A stretch of DNA of 62,276 nt from Akkermansiaceae bacterium UBA5020 (GTDB lineage Bacteria > Verrucomicrobiota > Verrucomicrobiia > Verrucomicrobiales > DEV007). The notes beneath the pieces were generated by a model that saw only the letters and a list, made by a program, of their open reading frames with translations, did not search any database and was not told the origin of the DNA. Where the stretch lies: assembly GCA_002396885.1 (NCBI GenBank), contig DGXY01000105.1, positions 31,107 through 93,382 on the forward strand, in the 5' to 3' direction. Shown one piece after another: positions 39,232-48,553 of the stretch. The position numbers were made by a program, and so were the translations under genes. The stretch's first letter is position 1, and each line of letters starts with the position of its first letter.

Positions 39232-42185
39232 GAACGATCCCTTCCATCCTCCTCCTTCTGGCATCCGCAGGACAGCTCCTCGCGATCAGTCCTGACAATG
39301 CGCCCACCTCCGATCCCTCGCCCGAGGCGGAGCTGGCTTCGTTTGTGATTCATCCCGACTTCGAGGTGAGCCTCTTCGCCGATGAATCGCTCGGCATCGC
39401 CAATCCCGTCGCGATCCAGTGGGATCCGCGGGGACGGCTCTGGGTGCTCTGCACGCTGGCCTATGCCCAGCTCAAGCCGGGAGAGATGCCAGACGACAAA
39501 CTCTACATTCTCGAAGACACGAATGGAGACGGTCAGGCCGACGAGTCGACCCTCTTTGCCGACGGACTCAACATGCCGATGGGATTCGCCCTCGGCCATG
39601 GTGGCGCCTGGGTCGCGGCCGACAGCGATCTGCTCTTTTTGAAGGATACCGACGGCGATGACCGCGCCGACGAGCGCGAGGTCGTCCTGACCGGATTCGG
39701 CACCGGTGATACCCACCAGAACATCAGCAATCTCGTCTTCGACGCCGGTGGATTTTTGTACTTCAGTCAGGGTCTCCACGCCTTCTCCCAGGTCGAGACG
39801 CCGTGGGGTATCTCACGCGGTGACACCGCCGGATTCTGGCGCTTTGATCCTCGTCTGAAGCGGCTCGATCCCTTCGGGTTCCCCTCGATGACGAGCCAGA
39901 ATCCCTGCGGCATGACCCTTGACCGCTGGGGCGCGCTCTTCGTGAAAAGCAACGGGCCGCACCTTTGCTTCGCCACGCCCGGTCTCGTTCCCACGACCCA
40001 TTCGCGCGAGCTGATGCAGTTCGCCCAGGTCGGGCAGACTCCCGGCAAGAGCATGGGCGGCGACATCGTTTCCTCGTCGCATCTGCCTGACTGGATCCAG
40101 GACCACGCCATTATCGCCGGTTACTTTGCCCGCGAGGTCTCGGCCATCCCGCTGGTGGAGGAAGGAGCCGGCTTCAAGGCTTCGCCGCCGGTGCAGTTGA
40201 TCTACGGAGGTCACGAAAGTTTCCGTCCCGTGGATATCCGTCAGGGTCCCGACGGGGCGATTTATGTCGCGGATTGGTTCAACCCCATCATCAACCACTA
40301 CCAGGTCTCCCTGCGCCATCCGGATCGCGATTACAGCCATGGCCGGATCTGGAGACTTGCCGCCAAAGGACGCGAGCCGGTGAAGCGACCCGATCTCACG
40401 GCGATGGGAATCGCGGACCTCATTGAACAACTCCGGAATCCCGAGCGTTGGCCGCGCGAGCAGGCGAGACGGATGCTCACGGATCATGACGAGCCTTTGG
40501 AGGTCACTGGTTCGTTGACGGCGTGGATCGAAGAACTGAAGCCGACGGAGCACGTCGCCTTGGTCGAGGCCGCCGGGGTGCTCGAATCGCTTGGTGCGGC
40601 CGATGCGGCGCTGCTTGATCATTTGCAGGCCTCGTCCGAACCTCGCGTCCGCGCCGTCGTCGGGCGCCTCATTGCGAGGAGTGCCGAACCCTTGCCCGAT
40701 GCGGAGGCGCGCCTCGCGAATCTTCTCGCCGACCCCCATCCCCGCCCGCGTCTCGAAGCCGTGATCGCCTGCGCGAACCGGCCTGGAGCAGATTCGTTGA
40801 AACTCGCCCTCACCGCCCTCGATGCGGGGCCGGATCGTTTTGTCGAGTATTCGCTCGCGCAGGCGGTTTTCGCGTTGGAGGAAGATTGGCGGCAACTCTT
40901 GCAGGAAGGAACGCTGACGTTCGCGAAACCTGCCCATCTCGCCTTTGTTCTCGAGACCTATGGAGGCGAGATCTCCGCCGGGCTCGCACGACGCGCACTG
41001 GAAGGTGATCTGGCACCCGCCGACCGGGCACGGTTGCTCGTGGTGCTGGCGCGGCTCGGTGGCCCCGAGGACCTCGGTGGCATTCTTGCCGAGGCTGCGA
41101 AGTCCGGAGATCCCACCCTTCTCGAAGCCCTCGCCGAGGCGACACGCAGCCGCGGCGTCGTGCCAAAGCCCTTGGATGAAAAGGCGCTCGCTCGACTGAT
41201 GGTAGCGGATGATGAAGCGACCGCGGCGGCAGGCATCCGCCTCGCGGGTCTTTGGAAGGTCGTGGGCCTAGGGGATGCCATGGACGCGAAGGCTCTGGAC
41301 GAATCGGCTTCGCCCGCCCTGCGTCGTGACGCCTTGCTTTCCCTCGCGCGGATCCGGGGAGCGGCGGCCACGGAATCCTTGCAAACGCTCTTGGCCGCGA
41401 AGACCACCTCCGTCGCGCTTCGTCCGACCGTGCTCGAGGCGCTCGCTCTCGCCAACCGGGATGCCGCCGCGACAGCGGTCGCGTCGCTTCTCGCCCAGGA
41501 GCCGGATCGAGCGAACGCCTTGACCCTTCTCCCCACGCTACTCGCCGCGAATGGAGGTCCCGCTGCGCTCGCCTCCGCGTTGGAATCCAGTACCCCGCCC
41601 GACGCGGCGACCGCCCAGGAGATTCTCACGGCGATGAACCGGCTCGGACGCACTGACGCCAAGCTGACGCCGCTCCTCAACCGTGCCATCGGCCGTCAGA
41701 GCGGCGCACCCGAATACGATCCTGACAAAGTCGCCAAAATCGTCACCGCCGTGCGCGAAGGCAAAGGCGACGCCAAACGCGGAGCCGCTGTCTATCAGCT
41801 GGCCCAGCTCGCCTGCACCGCCTGTCACCGCGTCGGTGATGCGGGCGGAGTGATCGGCCCCTCGCTCAACGGAGTCGGCGCAGGCATGCCGCTCGACCAG
41901 ATCGTCGAGTCCATCCTCTGGCCCGATCGACAGATCAAGGAAGGGTTTCAGGCGATCGCCTTCACCACCAAAGCGGGAGCCTCCATCACCGGCTACATCG
42001 AACGCGAGGGTGACGACCTCGTCTGGTATCGCGACACCGGCACGCCGTGGATCAAGCCCCTCGAAAAGAAAGAGATCGCGAGCCGCGAAGTGATTCCCAC
42101 CCTGATGCCTCCGGGGCTAACCGCGAGCCTGAGCGAGCAGGAATTGTCCGACCTCGTCGCATATCTTGCCTCATTGAAGGGGTAG
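39228..42185 (+). CDS. PVC-type heme-binding CxxCH protein (putative membrane-bound dehydrogenase with HEAT repeats)
   Basis: 985 aa. N-terminal beta-propeller dehydrogenase-like region, central HEAT-like helical repeats, C-terminal CTACHRVGD (CxxCH) cytochrome c domain. Confidence 0.7.
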   Translation: MRTIPSILLLLASAGQLLAISPDNAPTSDPSPEAELASFVIHPDFEVSLFADESLGIANPVAIQWDPRGRLWVLCTLAYAQLKPGEMPDDKLYILEDTNGDGQADESTLFADGLNMPMGFALGHGGAWVAADSDLLFLKDTDGDDRADEREVVLTGFGTGDTHQNISNLVFDAGGFLYFSQGLHAFSQVETPWGISRGDTAGFWRFDPRLKRLDPFGFPSMTSQNPCGMTLDRWGALFVKSNGPHLCFATPGLVPTTHSRELMQFAQVGQTPGKSMGGDIVSSSHLPDWIQDHAIIAGYFAREVSAIPLVEEGAGFKASPPVQLIYGGHESFRPVDIRQGPDGAIYVADWFNPIINHYQVSLRHPDRDYSHGRIWRLAAKGREPVKRPDLTAMGIADLIEQLRNPERWPREQARRMLTDHDEPLEVTGSLTAWIEELKPTEHVALVEAAGVLESLGAADAALLDHLQASSEPRVRAVVGRLIARSAEPLPDAEARLANLLADPHPRPRLEAVIACANRPGADSLKLALTALDAGPDRFVEYSLAQAVFALEEDWRQLLQEGTLTFAKPAHLAFVLETYGGEISAGLARRALEGDLAPADRARLLVVLARLGGPEDLGGILAEAAKSGDPTLLEALAEATRSRGVVPKPLDEKALARLMVADDEATAAAGIRLAGLWKVVGLGDAMDAKALDESASPALRRDALLSLARIRGAAATESLQTLLAAKTTSVALRPTVLEALALANRDAAATAVASLLAQEPDRANALTLLPTLLAANGGPAALASALESSTPPDAATAQEILTAMNRLGRTDAKLTPLLNRAIGRQSGAPEYDPDKVAKIVTAVREGKGDAKRGAAVYQLAQLACTACHRVGDAGGVIGPSLNGVGAGMPLDQIVESILWPDRQIKEGFQAIAFTTKAGASITGYIEREGDDLVWYRDTGTPWIKPLEKKEIASREVIPTLMPPGLTASLSEQELSDLVAYLASLKG

Positions 42186-42233
42186 GCGCGGATAATCTCT
42201 TGGCGATTCCGGAATTGGTTGGAGGCTATTCCC

Positions 42234-43289
42234 ATGAAGCGAATCCCCCTGTTTCGGAGAGCGACGGTAGCCGCCCTGTTCAGTCTTCTCCTCTTCTGTT
42301 TTGCAGGACCCTCCCTTTCTCCACGCATGGAGGCAGCCTCGGCGAGTGCAAGTGCCAGAATCATCAAGAAACTGAAGGCGCAGATTGCCAGCCTCAAGCG
42401 GCAGCTTGCTGCTGCGACGGCGGTGCCGACTCCCTTCATCGAGATGGTCCCGATCAGCAATGTCGGCAATGTCACGGATGCGGGCAACACAAGTGTGCCG
42501 GGGGTGTATGGAGCGGTCCCTTACGACTTCCGGATCGGGAAATATGAAGTGACTTGGACCCAATACGCCGTCTTCCTGAACGCAGTATCTGCCACGGATT
42601 CCTACGGGCTCTACAATTCCTTCATGCAGACCGATCCCAGTATCGCCGGCATCCAGCGTTCGGGAGTGAGCGGTGCGTATGCCTATACCGTGGTCGGCAA
42701 TGGCAACCGTCCCGTCACCTACGTGAGCTGGTTCGATGCGGCCCGCTTCTGCAATTGGATGCACAACGGGCGGCCCACCGGAGCGCAGAGTGCCGCGACG
42801 ACGGAGATGGGGGCCTATTCGCTGAATGGAGCGACGAGTGGCGGATTGTCGATCCAGCGCAACCCGGGTGCGAAGTTTTGGATCCCGAGTGAAAGCGAAT
42901 GGTACAAAGCCGCCTATCACGATCCCCGCACCGCTGCGGAAGGCGGCCCGGCCGGGAACGACTTTTATTGGCTCTTCCCGACCCGGAGCGAAGCGATTCC
43001 AACGGCCGAGGCCCCTCCGGGAGGGGGCAATTCGGTAAACATCAACACCTCGACCGGGGGCCCTACCGCGGTCGGTGTCTACACGTCCTCTCCGAGCTAC
43101 TACGGCACCTTTGACCAAGGCGGCAATGCCTGGGAATGGAACGACCGGGTGATCTATGGAACGGTCCGCGGCCTCCGTGGTGGCTCGTGGAACAGCAACG
43201 AGGACACGATGCGCTCCAATTTCCTGAGCGACGACAATGCCCCTGATCGCGAGAATCAGGTCATCGGATTCCGCGTGGCGGCTCCGTGA
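42234..43289 (+). CDS. FGE-sulfatase (SUMF1/EgtB/PvdO-like) domain protein
   Basis: VSWFDAARFCNWM ... GNAWEWN ... RGGSWN are hallmark FGE-fold motifs. N-terminal signal plus coiled-coil segment. Confidence 0.7.
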   Translation: MKRIPLFRRATVAALFSLLLFCFAGPSLSPRMEAASASASARIIKKLKAQIASLKRQLAAATAVPTPFIEMVPISNVGNVTDAGNTSVPGVYGAVPYDFRIGKYEVTWTQYAVFLNAVSATDSYGLYNSFMQTDPSIAGIQRSGVSGAYAYTVVGNGNRPVTYVSWFDAARFCNWMHNGRPTGAQSAATTEMGAYSLNGATSGGLSIQRNPGAKFWIPSESEWYKAAYHDPRTAAEGGPAGNDFYWLFPTRSEAIPTAEAPPGGGNSVNINTSTGGPTAVGVYTSSPSYYGTFDQGGNAWEWNDRVIYGTVRGLRGGSWNSNEDTMRSNFLSDDNAPDRENQVIGFRVAAP

Positions 43290-43302
43290 AGTCGTTGCTG
43301 CC

Positions 43303-44904
43303 TCAAAGCACCACCGTCGTCGCACTTTGGATCCCGGGAATCGCCTCGATGTTTTTCAGGGTCGCGGCGTCGACGGGGGAGTCGACGTTGAGGATGCTGA
43401 GGGCCTTGCCACCCACTTGGCTGCGGCTGAGGGACATGTTGGCGATGTTGATCTTCGCTTCGCCGAGGACGCGGCCGATTGCTCCGACCACGCCAGGGGC
43501 GTCGGTGTTTTCAAAGATGAGCAGGTTGCCCTCGGGCATCGCGTCGAGATTGTGATCGTCGATGCGCACGACGCGGGGCTGGCTACCGAAGAAGGTTCCG
43601 GAAACGGTGACCTTCTCCTTCTCGTTCCCGGCGGTGACGGTGATGAGGTCGGTGAACTCGCACTCCTCGGCGGGACGGCTCTCGGTAACGCGGATGCCTC
43701 GGCCTTCAGCGAGGGCGGGGGCGTTGAGGTAGTTCGCCGAACCCGAGGTCGAGCCGGTCTCAAGGAATCCCTTGAGGGCCGAGCGGGTCACGAGGGTCGT
43801 GTCGATCTCGGCGACCTTGCCGGTGTATTCGATGCGGAAGAGGTCCGACTGCTTCGGCGCGATCTGGCTGACGAGCTTGCCGAGCACTTCGGAGAGTCCG
43901 AGGTAGGGGCCGATGAGCTTCAGGGTGGTCTCGTCGAGATTCGGCATGTTCACCGCGTTGACGACTTCACCACGGAGGAGGCGTCCGGCGATGGCCTCGG
44001 CGATCTCGATGCCGACGTTTTCCTGGGCTTCTTCGGTCGAGGCACCGAGGTGCGGGGTGAAGACCATTTCGGGACGGCTGAGGAGTTCATAATCGGCCGC
44101 GGGCGGCTCGATTTCGAAAACATCGAGGGCCGCTCCGGCGACCTTGCCCGACTTGATCCCCTCGAGGAGGGCGGCTTCGTCGATCAATCCGCCGCGCGCG
44201 CAGTTGATGATGCGCACGCCGGGTTTCATGATTTCGATCCGCGCCGCGTTCACGAGATGTTTGGTCTCGGGCGTCATCGGCATGTGCAGGGTGATGAAGT
44301 CGGCCTGGGCGACGGCTTCCTCGACGGTCTCACAGAGCTCGACACGCATCGCCTTGGCCTTGCTCGCGGCGAGGTAGGGATCGTAGGCGACCACACGCAT
44401 GCCGAAGCCCATCGCGCGCTTCGCGAATTCGGCGCCGATGCGGCCCATGCCGAGAATGGCGAGGGTCTTGTTGTAGAGCTCGACGCCGGCATAGGCCTTG
44501 CGTCCTTCCTTGAAGCGTCCCTCGACGACCGACTGGTGGCCTTGGGGGATGTGGCGGGCGAGCGACATCATCAGAGTGAAGGCGTGCTCGGCCGTGGAAA
44601 TGGTGTTACCGCCGGGCGTGTTCATCACGACGACGCCGTGTTTGGTGGCGACGGGGATGTCGATGTTGTCGACCCCGACCCCGGCGCGTCCGATGGCGCG
44701 GAGGACGCCGGCACCGGCTTCGATGACGGGGCCGGTGATTTTCACGCCCGAGCGCACGATGATGCCTTCGTAGTTCGGTGCGTTTTCGACGAGTTCGGCC
44801 TCGCTGAGCCCGAGTTTGATGTCGACGACGAGGCCGGAAGACTTGAGAAACTCAATGCCTTTATCGGAAATCGGATCGCAGACGAGGACGCGGCGTTGGC
44901 TCAT
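43303..44904 (-). CDS. serA: D-3-phosphoglycerate dehydrogenase with C-terminal ACT domain
   Basis: Rossmann GXGXXG (LGMGRIGAEFA), catalytic region and C-terminal ACT domain. ~533 aa from ATG 44904. Confidence 0.9.
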   Translation of the reverse strand: MSQRRVLVCDPISDKGIEFLKSSGLVVDIKLGLSEAELVENAPNYEGIIVRSGVKITGPVIEAGAGVLRAIGRAGVGVDNIDIPVATKHGVVVMNTPGGNTISTAEHAFTLMMSLARHIPQGHQSVVEGRFKEGRKAYAGVELYNKTLAILGMGRIGAEFAKRAMGFGMRVVAYDPYLAASKAKAMRVELCETVEEAVAQADFITLHMPMTPETKHLVNAARIEIMKPGVRIINCARGGLIDEAALLEGIKSGKVAGAALDVFEIEPPAADYELLSRPEMVFTPHLGASTEEAQENVGIEIAEAIAGRLLRGEVVNAVNMPNLDETTLKLIGPYLGLSEVLGKLVSQIAPKQSDLFRIEYTGKVAEIDTTLVTRSALKGFLETGSTSGSANYLNAPALAEGRGIRVTESRPAEECEFTDLITVTAGNEKEKVTVSGTFFGSQPRVVRIDDHNLDAMPEGNLLIFENTDAPGVVGAIGRVLGEAKINIANMSLSRSQVGGKALSILNVDSPVDAATLKNIEAIPGIQSATTVVL

Positions 44905-45034
44905 GGGGGGATTTGTTCGGGTGAAAGGGGGAGAAAGGTAGGTTTCACCAGCCGGGAAGCAAGGGGGAAAACCCGGGAAATGGCCGGGGCGCTTTTCCCT
45001 TGCGGGACGAGGGGTTTCCGGGTTTTGGTGCCGC

Positions 45035-45973
45035 ATGTCCCGCCTTTTTGCCTTTCTCACGGCCGCTTTTCCGCTCTGGATCCTGATTTGCAGTGGGATC
45101 GCCCTCTTTGATCCCGCGGTCTTCACCTGGTTCAGTGGTGGCTGGATCGTCTGGGGGCTGGGAGTGATCATGCTGGGCATGGGGCTGACCCTCACCTTCG
45201 AGGATTTCAAATCGGTCGTAAAGATGCCGAGGGCGGGGATCATCGGGGTGGTCTGCCAGTTTGTGATCATGCCCGCGATGGGCTGGGGCGTGGCGACGGC
45301 TCTGGGGCTCGCCGAGATCGATCCCAGCCTGGCCGCGGGACTCATTCTCGTCGCCTGCTGCCCCGGCGGGACGGCGTCGAATGTGATCACCTATCTCGCC
45401 CGGGCCAACGTGGCGCTCTCGGTGCTGATGACCACGGCCTCGACCTTCGCGGCGATCGCCCTGACACCCCTGCTCACGAAGTGGCTCGCTGGTACGCTCG
45501 TGGAGGTCGATGCCTGGAAGCTTTGTTTCGATACGGTGAAGGTGGTGCTCTTGCCCGTGCTGCTGGGACTGCTCCTGAATCGCTACGTTCCCTCGCTGAG
45601 CCGGAAGATTTCCCCGGTCGCGCCGCTCATTTCGGTGATTGCGATCGTCCTGATCGTCGCGAGCATCATCGGGCAGAATCACACCCTCATTCTGGGATCC
45701 GGATGGCGGCTCCTCGCGGCGCCGGCCCTGCTGCACCTCGGCGGTTTCGGGCTCGGCTACATTGCCGCGAAACTGCTCCGTCTCCCCGAAACCGACGCCC
45801 GCACCATCTCGATCGAGGTCGGCATGCAGAACTCCGGCCTCGGCACCCACCTCGCCACGAAGAGCTTTCCCGGCACCGCAGCTCCGGTGCCCTGCGCCAT
45901 CAGTGCGGTCTACCATAGCCTCATCGGCAGCCTCCTCGCCGGGTTCTGGCGCTGGCGGAGCGGCAAAGCTTGA
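45035..45973 (+). CDS. bile acid:sodium symporter (BASS) family transporter
   Basis: ~312 aa, multi-TM. CCPGGTASNV matches the BASS signature region. Confidence 0.8.
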   Translation: MSRLFAFLTAAFPLWILICSGIALFDPAVFTWFSGGWIVWGLGVIMLGMGLTLTFEDFKSVVKMPRAGIIGVVCQFVIMPAMGWGVATALGLAEIDPSLAAGLILVACCPGGTASNVITYLARANVALSVLMTTASTFAAIALTPLLTKWLAGTLVEVDAWKLCFDTVKVVLLPVLLGLLLNRYVPSLSRKISPVAPLISVIAIVLIVASIIGQNHTLILGSGWRLLAAPALLHLGGFGLGYIAAKLLRLPETDARTISIEVGMQNSGLGTHLATKSFPGTAAPVPCAISAVYHSLIGSLLAGFWRWRSGKA

Positions 45974-45994
45974 GTATCCCTCCGGAGAATCAGC

Positions 45995-46102
45995 CGTCTC
46001 CTATCGAGCGAGGAGGTCGCTGCCTACGGAATACCCGGAATACCCGGAAACTTGTCGTTTGGCAGAATTCCGGATTCCGTGATTTGCGCGTGTTCCGTAG
46101 GC
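45995..46102. repeat. Family-2 composite intergenic element, copy 1
   Basis: One CTATCGAGCGAGGAGG unit, then GCCTACGGAATACCCGGAATACCCGGAAAC ... ATTCCGGATTCCGTGATTTGCGCGTGTTCCGTAGGC (a long imperfect hairpin). Located between the convergent BASS and pilT genes. Confidence 0.6.
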
Positions 46103-46158
46103 CCCCTTTCCCTGTTGAGGGGCGACGAAACGCCAAGCACGTGTAAGGTGCCACTCCG

Positions 46159-47262
46159 TCAATCCTTCTTCGCCGATCCGCCGGAGTTGCCGAGGTCGGC
46201 GTATTCGGGCGGAAGGGCGGCGCGGAAGCGTGATTTGTCGATGGCCTTCATGTAGGCTTCGACGGCAGAAACCTGGCCCGCGAGCATCTTCTGCCAGATC
46301 GCGTCGTCCATGAACTGCATGCCGTATTCCTTCCCGCCGGTGATGATGTCGTAAAGCTTCTGGGTCGAGCCCTCGCGGATCACCGAACTGACGGCCGGGG
46401 TCGAGACGAGGATCTCGTTCACGGCGACGCGGCCTTCGGAGTCGCAGCGGCGCAGGAGAAGCTGGGCGACGACCCCGCGGAGCGAGCCCGCGAGCATCGT
46501 CCGCACCTGGGACTGCTGGTCCGAGGGGAAGACATCGACGAGACGATCGACGGTCTTGCGGGCGTTGTTCGTGTGCAGGGTTCCGAAGACAAGAAGACCC
46601 GTCTCCGCCGCGGTGAGGGCGAGGGAGATGGTCTCGAGGTCGCGCATTTCCCCCACGAGGACGATGTCGGCGTCTTCCCGCAGCGAGGCGCGGAGACCAT
46701 CAGCGAAGGAGGGGCAGTGGATCGGCACTTCGCGCTGCGAGATTGTGCTCTTCTTGTTGTTGTGCACGAATTCGATCGGCTCCTCGACGGTGATGATGTG
46801 CCGGGCGTAGGTGCGGTTGATGTAATCGATGAGGGCGGCGAGGGTCGTCGACTTGCCCGATCCGGTGGGACCAGTCACGAGGACGAGGCCGCTGCGCATG
46901 TCGCCGAAATTCTCGATCGTCTTCGGCACGCCGAGGTCGTCGATCGTCTTGATTTTCGTCGGGATGAGACGGAAGACGGCGCCGAGTCCATTGTTCTGTT
47001 TGAAATAGTTGCAGCGGAAACGGGACTGCTTGTCCATCTCGTAAGCGAAGTCGAGGTCGCCCTTCTGGAGGTAGCGTTCGTAAGCGTTCGGTTCGCAGAT
47101 CTCGCGGAGCATGTAGTCGATCGTGGCGTGCTCGAGGACGCCGTCGGCGATCGGCGAAATGGCCCCGTGGGCGCGCATCTTGGGCGGCTGGCCCTCGCTG
47201 AGGTGAAGGTCGGACCCGCCCGAGGTGACGAGGTGTTGGAAGTATTGGTCGATGACAGCCAT
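46159..47262 (-). CDS. pilT: type IV pilus twitching-motility ATPase PilT
   Basis: GPTGSGKSTTLAALIDYIN Walker A. PilT-type His/Asp boxes. 367 aa. Confidence 0.9.
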   Translation of the reverse strand: MAVIDQYFQHLVTSGGSDLHLSEGQPPKMRAHGAISPIADGVLEHATIDYMLREICEPNAYERYLQKGDLDFAYEMDKQSRFRCNYFKQNNGLGAVFRLIPTKIKTIDDLGVPKTIENFGDMRSGLVLVTGPTGSGKSTTLAALIDYINRTYARHIITVEEPIEFVHNNKKSTISQREVPIHCPSFADGLRASLREDADIVLVGEMRDLETISLALTAAETGLLVFGTLHTNNARKTVDRLVDVFPSDQQSQVRTMLAGSLRGVVAQLLLRRCDSEGRVAVNEILVSTPAVSSVIREGSTQKLYDIITGGKEYGMQFMDDAIWQKMLAGQVSAVEAYMKAIDKSRFRAALPPEYADLGNSGGSAKKD

Positions 47263-47326
47263 GGCTGGGAGAAGGGAAAAGGGTGGAAATCGTTGGAGGA
47301 ACGTCAGGAGCGAAGAAGGATCGCGA

Positions 47327-48409
47327 TCAGACGCCGAGATTGGCCTTGAGGGTGCCGCGGTCGACTGCCCGGCCGAGGGCTTCCTCCTGGGTGATGATGC
47401 CGTCGCGGTAGAGTTTGGCGAGGGCGTCGTCCATCATGATCATGCCGACGTTTTTCCCGGTCTGCATCACCCCGGGGAGCATGAAGGTCTTGCCGTCGCG
47501 GATGATTGCGGAGACGGCGGGTGTGTTCACCAGCAGCTCGAGGGCAAGCTCTCGACCGGTGCCGTCCGCGCGCGGGACAAGCTGCTGAGAAATGATGCCA
47601 CGGAGCGATTCGCCCACCATGATGCGGATCTGCTCACGTTGCTCGGTCGGGAAGACGTCGAGGATCCGGTCGAGGGTCCGCGCGGCGCTGCCGGTGTGGA
47701 GGGTTGCGAGGACGAGGTGACCCGTTTCCGCGGCGGTGATCGCGAGCGAGATCGTCTCGAGGTCACGCATTTCACCGACCATGATAATGTCGGGGTCTTC
47801 CCGCAGGGCGGCGCGGAGGGCCTGGGAGAAACTCTCGGTGTGGGTGTGCACCTCGCGCTGGTTCACGTGGCAGTTCGAAGAATCGATCACATACTCGATC
47901 GGATCCTCGAGGGTGATGATGTGATCGTTGCGCTGGTGGTTGATCTCGTTGATGAGAGCCGCCAGAGTCGTCGATTTGCCAGAGCCGACCGCGCCCGTGA
48001 CGAGGACGAGTCCATTGTGGTATTCGAGGAGGGGTTTGATGGCCTCGGGGAGGCGGAGCTCCTCCATCGTGCGCAGCTGGGTGCTGATGACGCGGAAGAC
48101 CATCTCCCAGCCGAGGCGGGTTTTTACGACCGAGGCGCGGAAGCGGCCGATCGAGGGGGCATAAGCGAAATCGACGTCGCCTCGCTGTTCGAGGCGGCGC
48201 AGTTCGGGCTCGGGAAGGTAGGCGCGGGCGAGGCGCTCGGTGTCTTCGGGGGTGAGTTGCTCGGCGTTCTCCCAGATCGGCTGGAGCAGGCCGAAACGTC
48301 GCCATTTGGGCTGGGCAAAGGGGGCGATGTGGACGTCGGAGACGTTGTATTCCTGGGCAAGGCTAAGGTATTCGTCGACGTGACCAAGGACTGGGACGGT
48401 ATCGGACAT
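47327..48409 (-). CDS. pilU: PilT/PilU-family retraction ATPase (second copy)
   Basis: GAVGSGKSTTLAALINEIN. 360 aa from ATG 48409. Confidence 0.8.
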   Translation of the reverse strand: MSDTVPVLGHVDEYLSLAQEYNVSDVHIAPFAQPKWRRFGLLQPIWENAEQLTPEDTERLARAYLPEPELRRLEQRGDVDFAYAPSIGRFRASVVKTRLGWEMVFRVISTQLRTMEELRLPEAIKPLLEYHNGLVLVTGAVGSGKSTTLAALINEINHQRNDHIITLEDPIEYVIDSSNCHVNQREVHTHTESFSQALRAALREDPDIIMVGEMRDLETISLAITAAETGHLVLATLHTGSAARTLDRILDVFPTEQREQIRIMVGESLRGIISQQLVPRADGTGRELALELLVNTPAVSAIIRDGKTFMLPGVMQTGKNVGMIMMDDALAKLYRDGIITQEEALGRAVDRGTLKANLGV

Positions 48410-48553
48410 AAATCGTGGGGGAGGAAAAATCTTGAGTAACACCGCTGCCGGGCCGGAGATCACCTCCCCGGGCCGGGAGCCCTTCGAGTATTGGGACTGT
48501 GGCAGGGAGAGGCAAGCGGAAAAACGCGTTTTTGGGGCTTTCCGTCGGGTCTC

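Noticed and set aside
43237-45111. 624-aa plus-strand ORF antisense to serA
   Set aside because: Low-complexity translation. serA on the minus strand is unambiguous.
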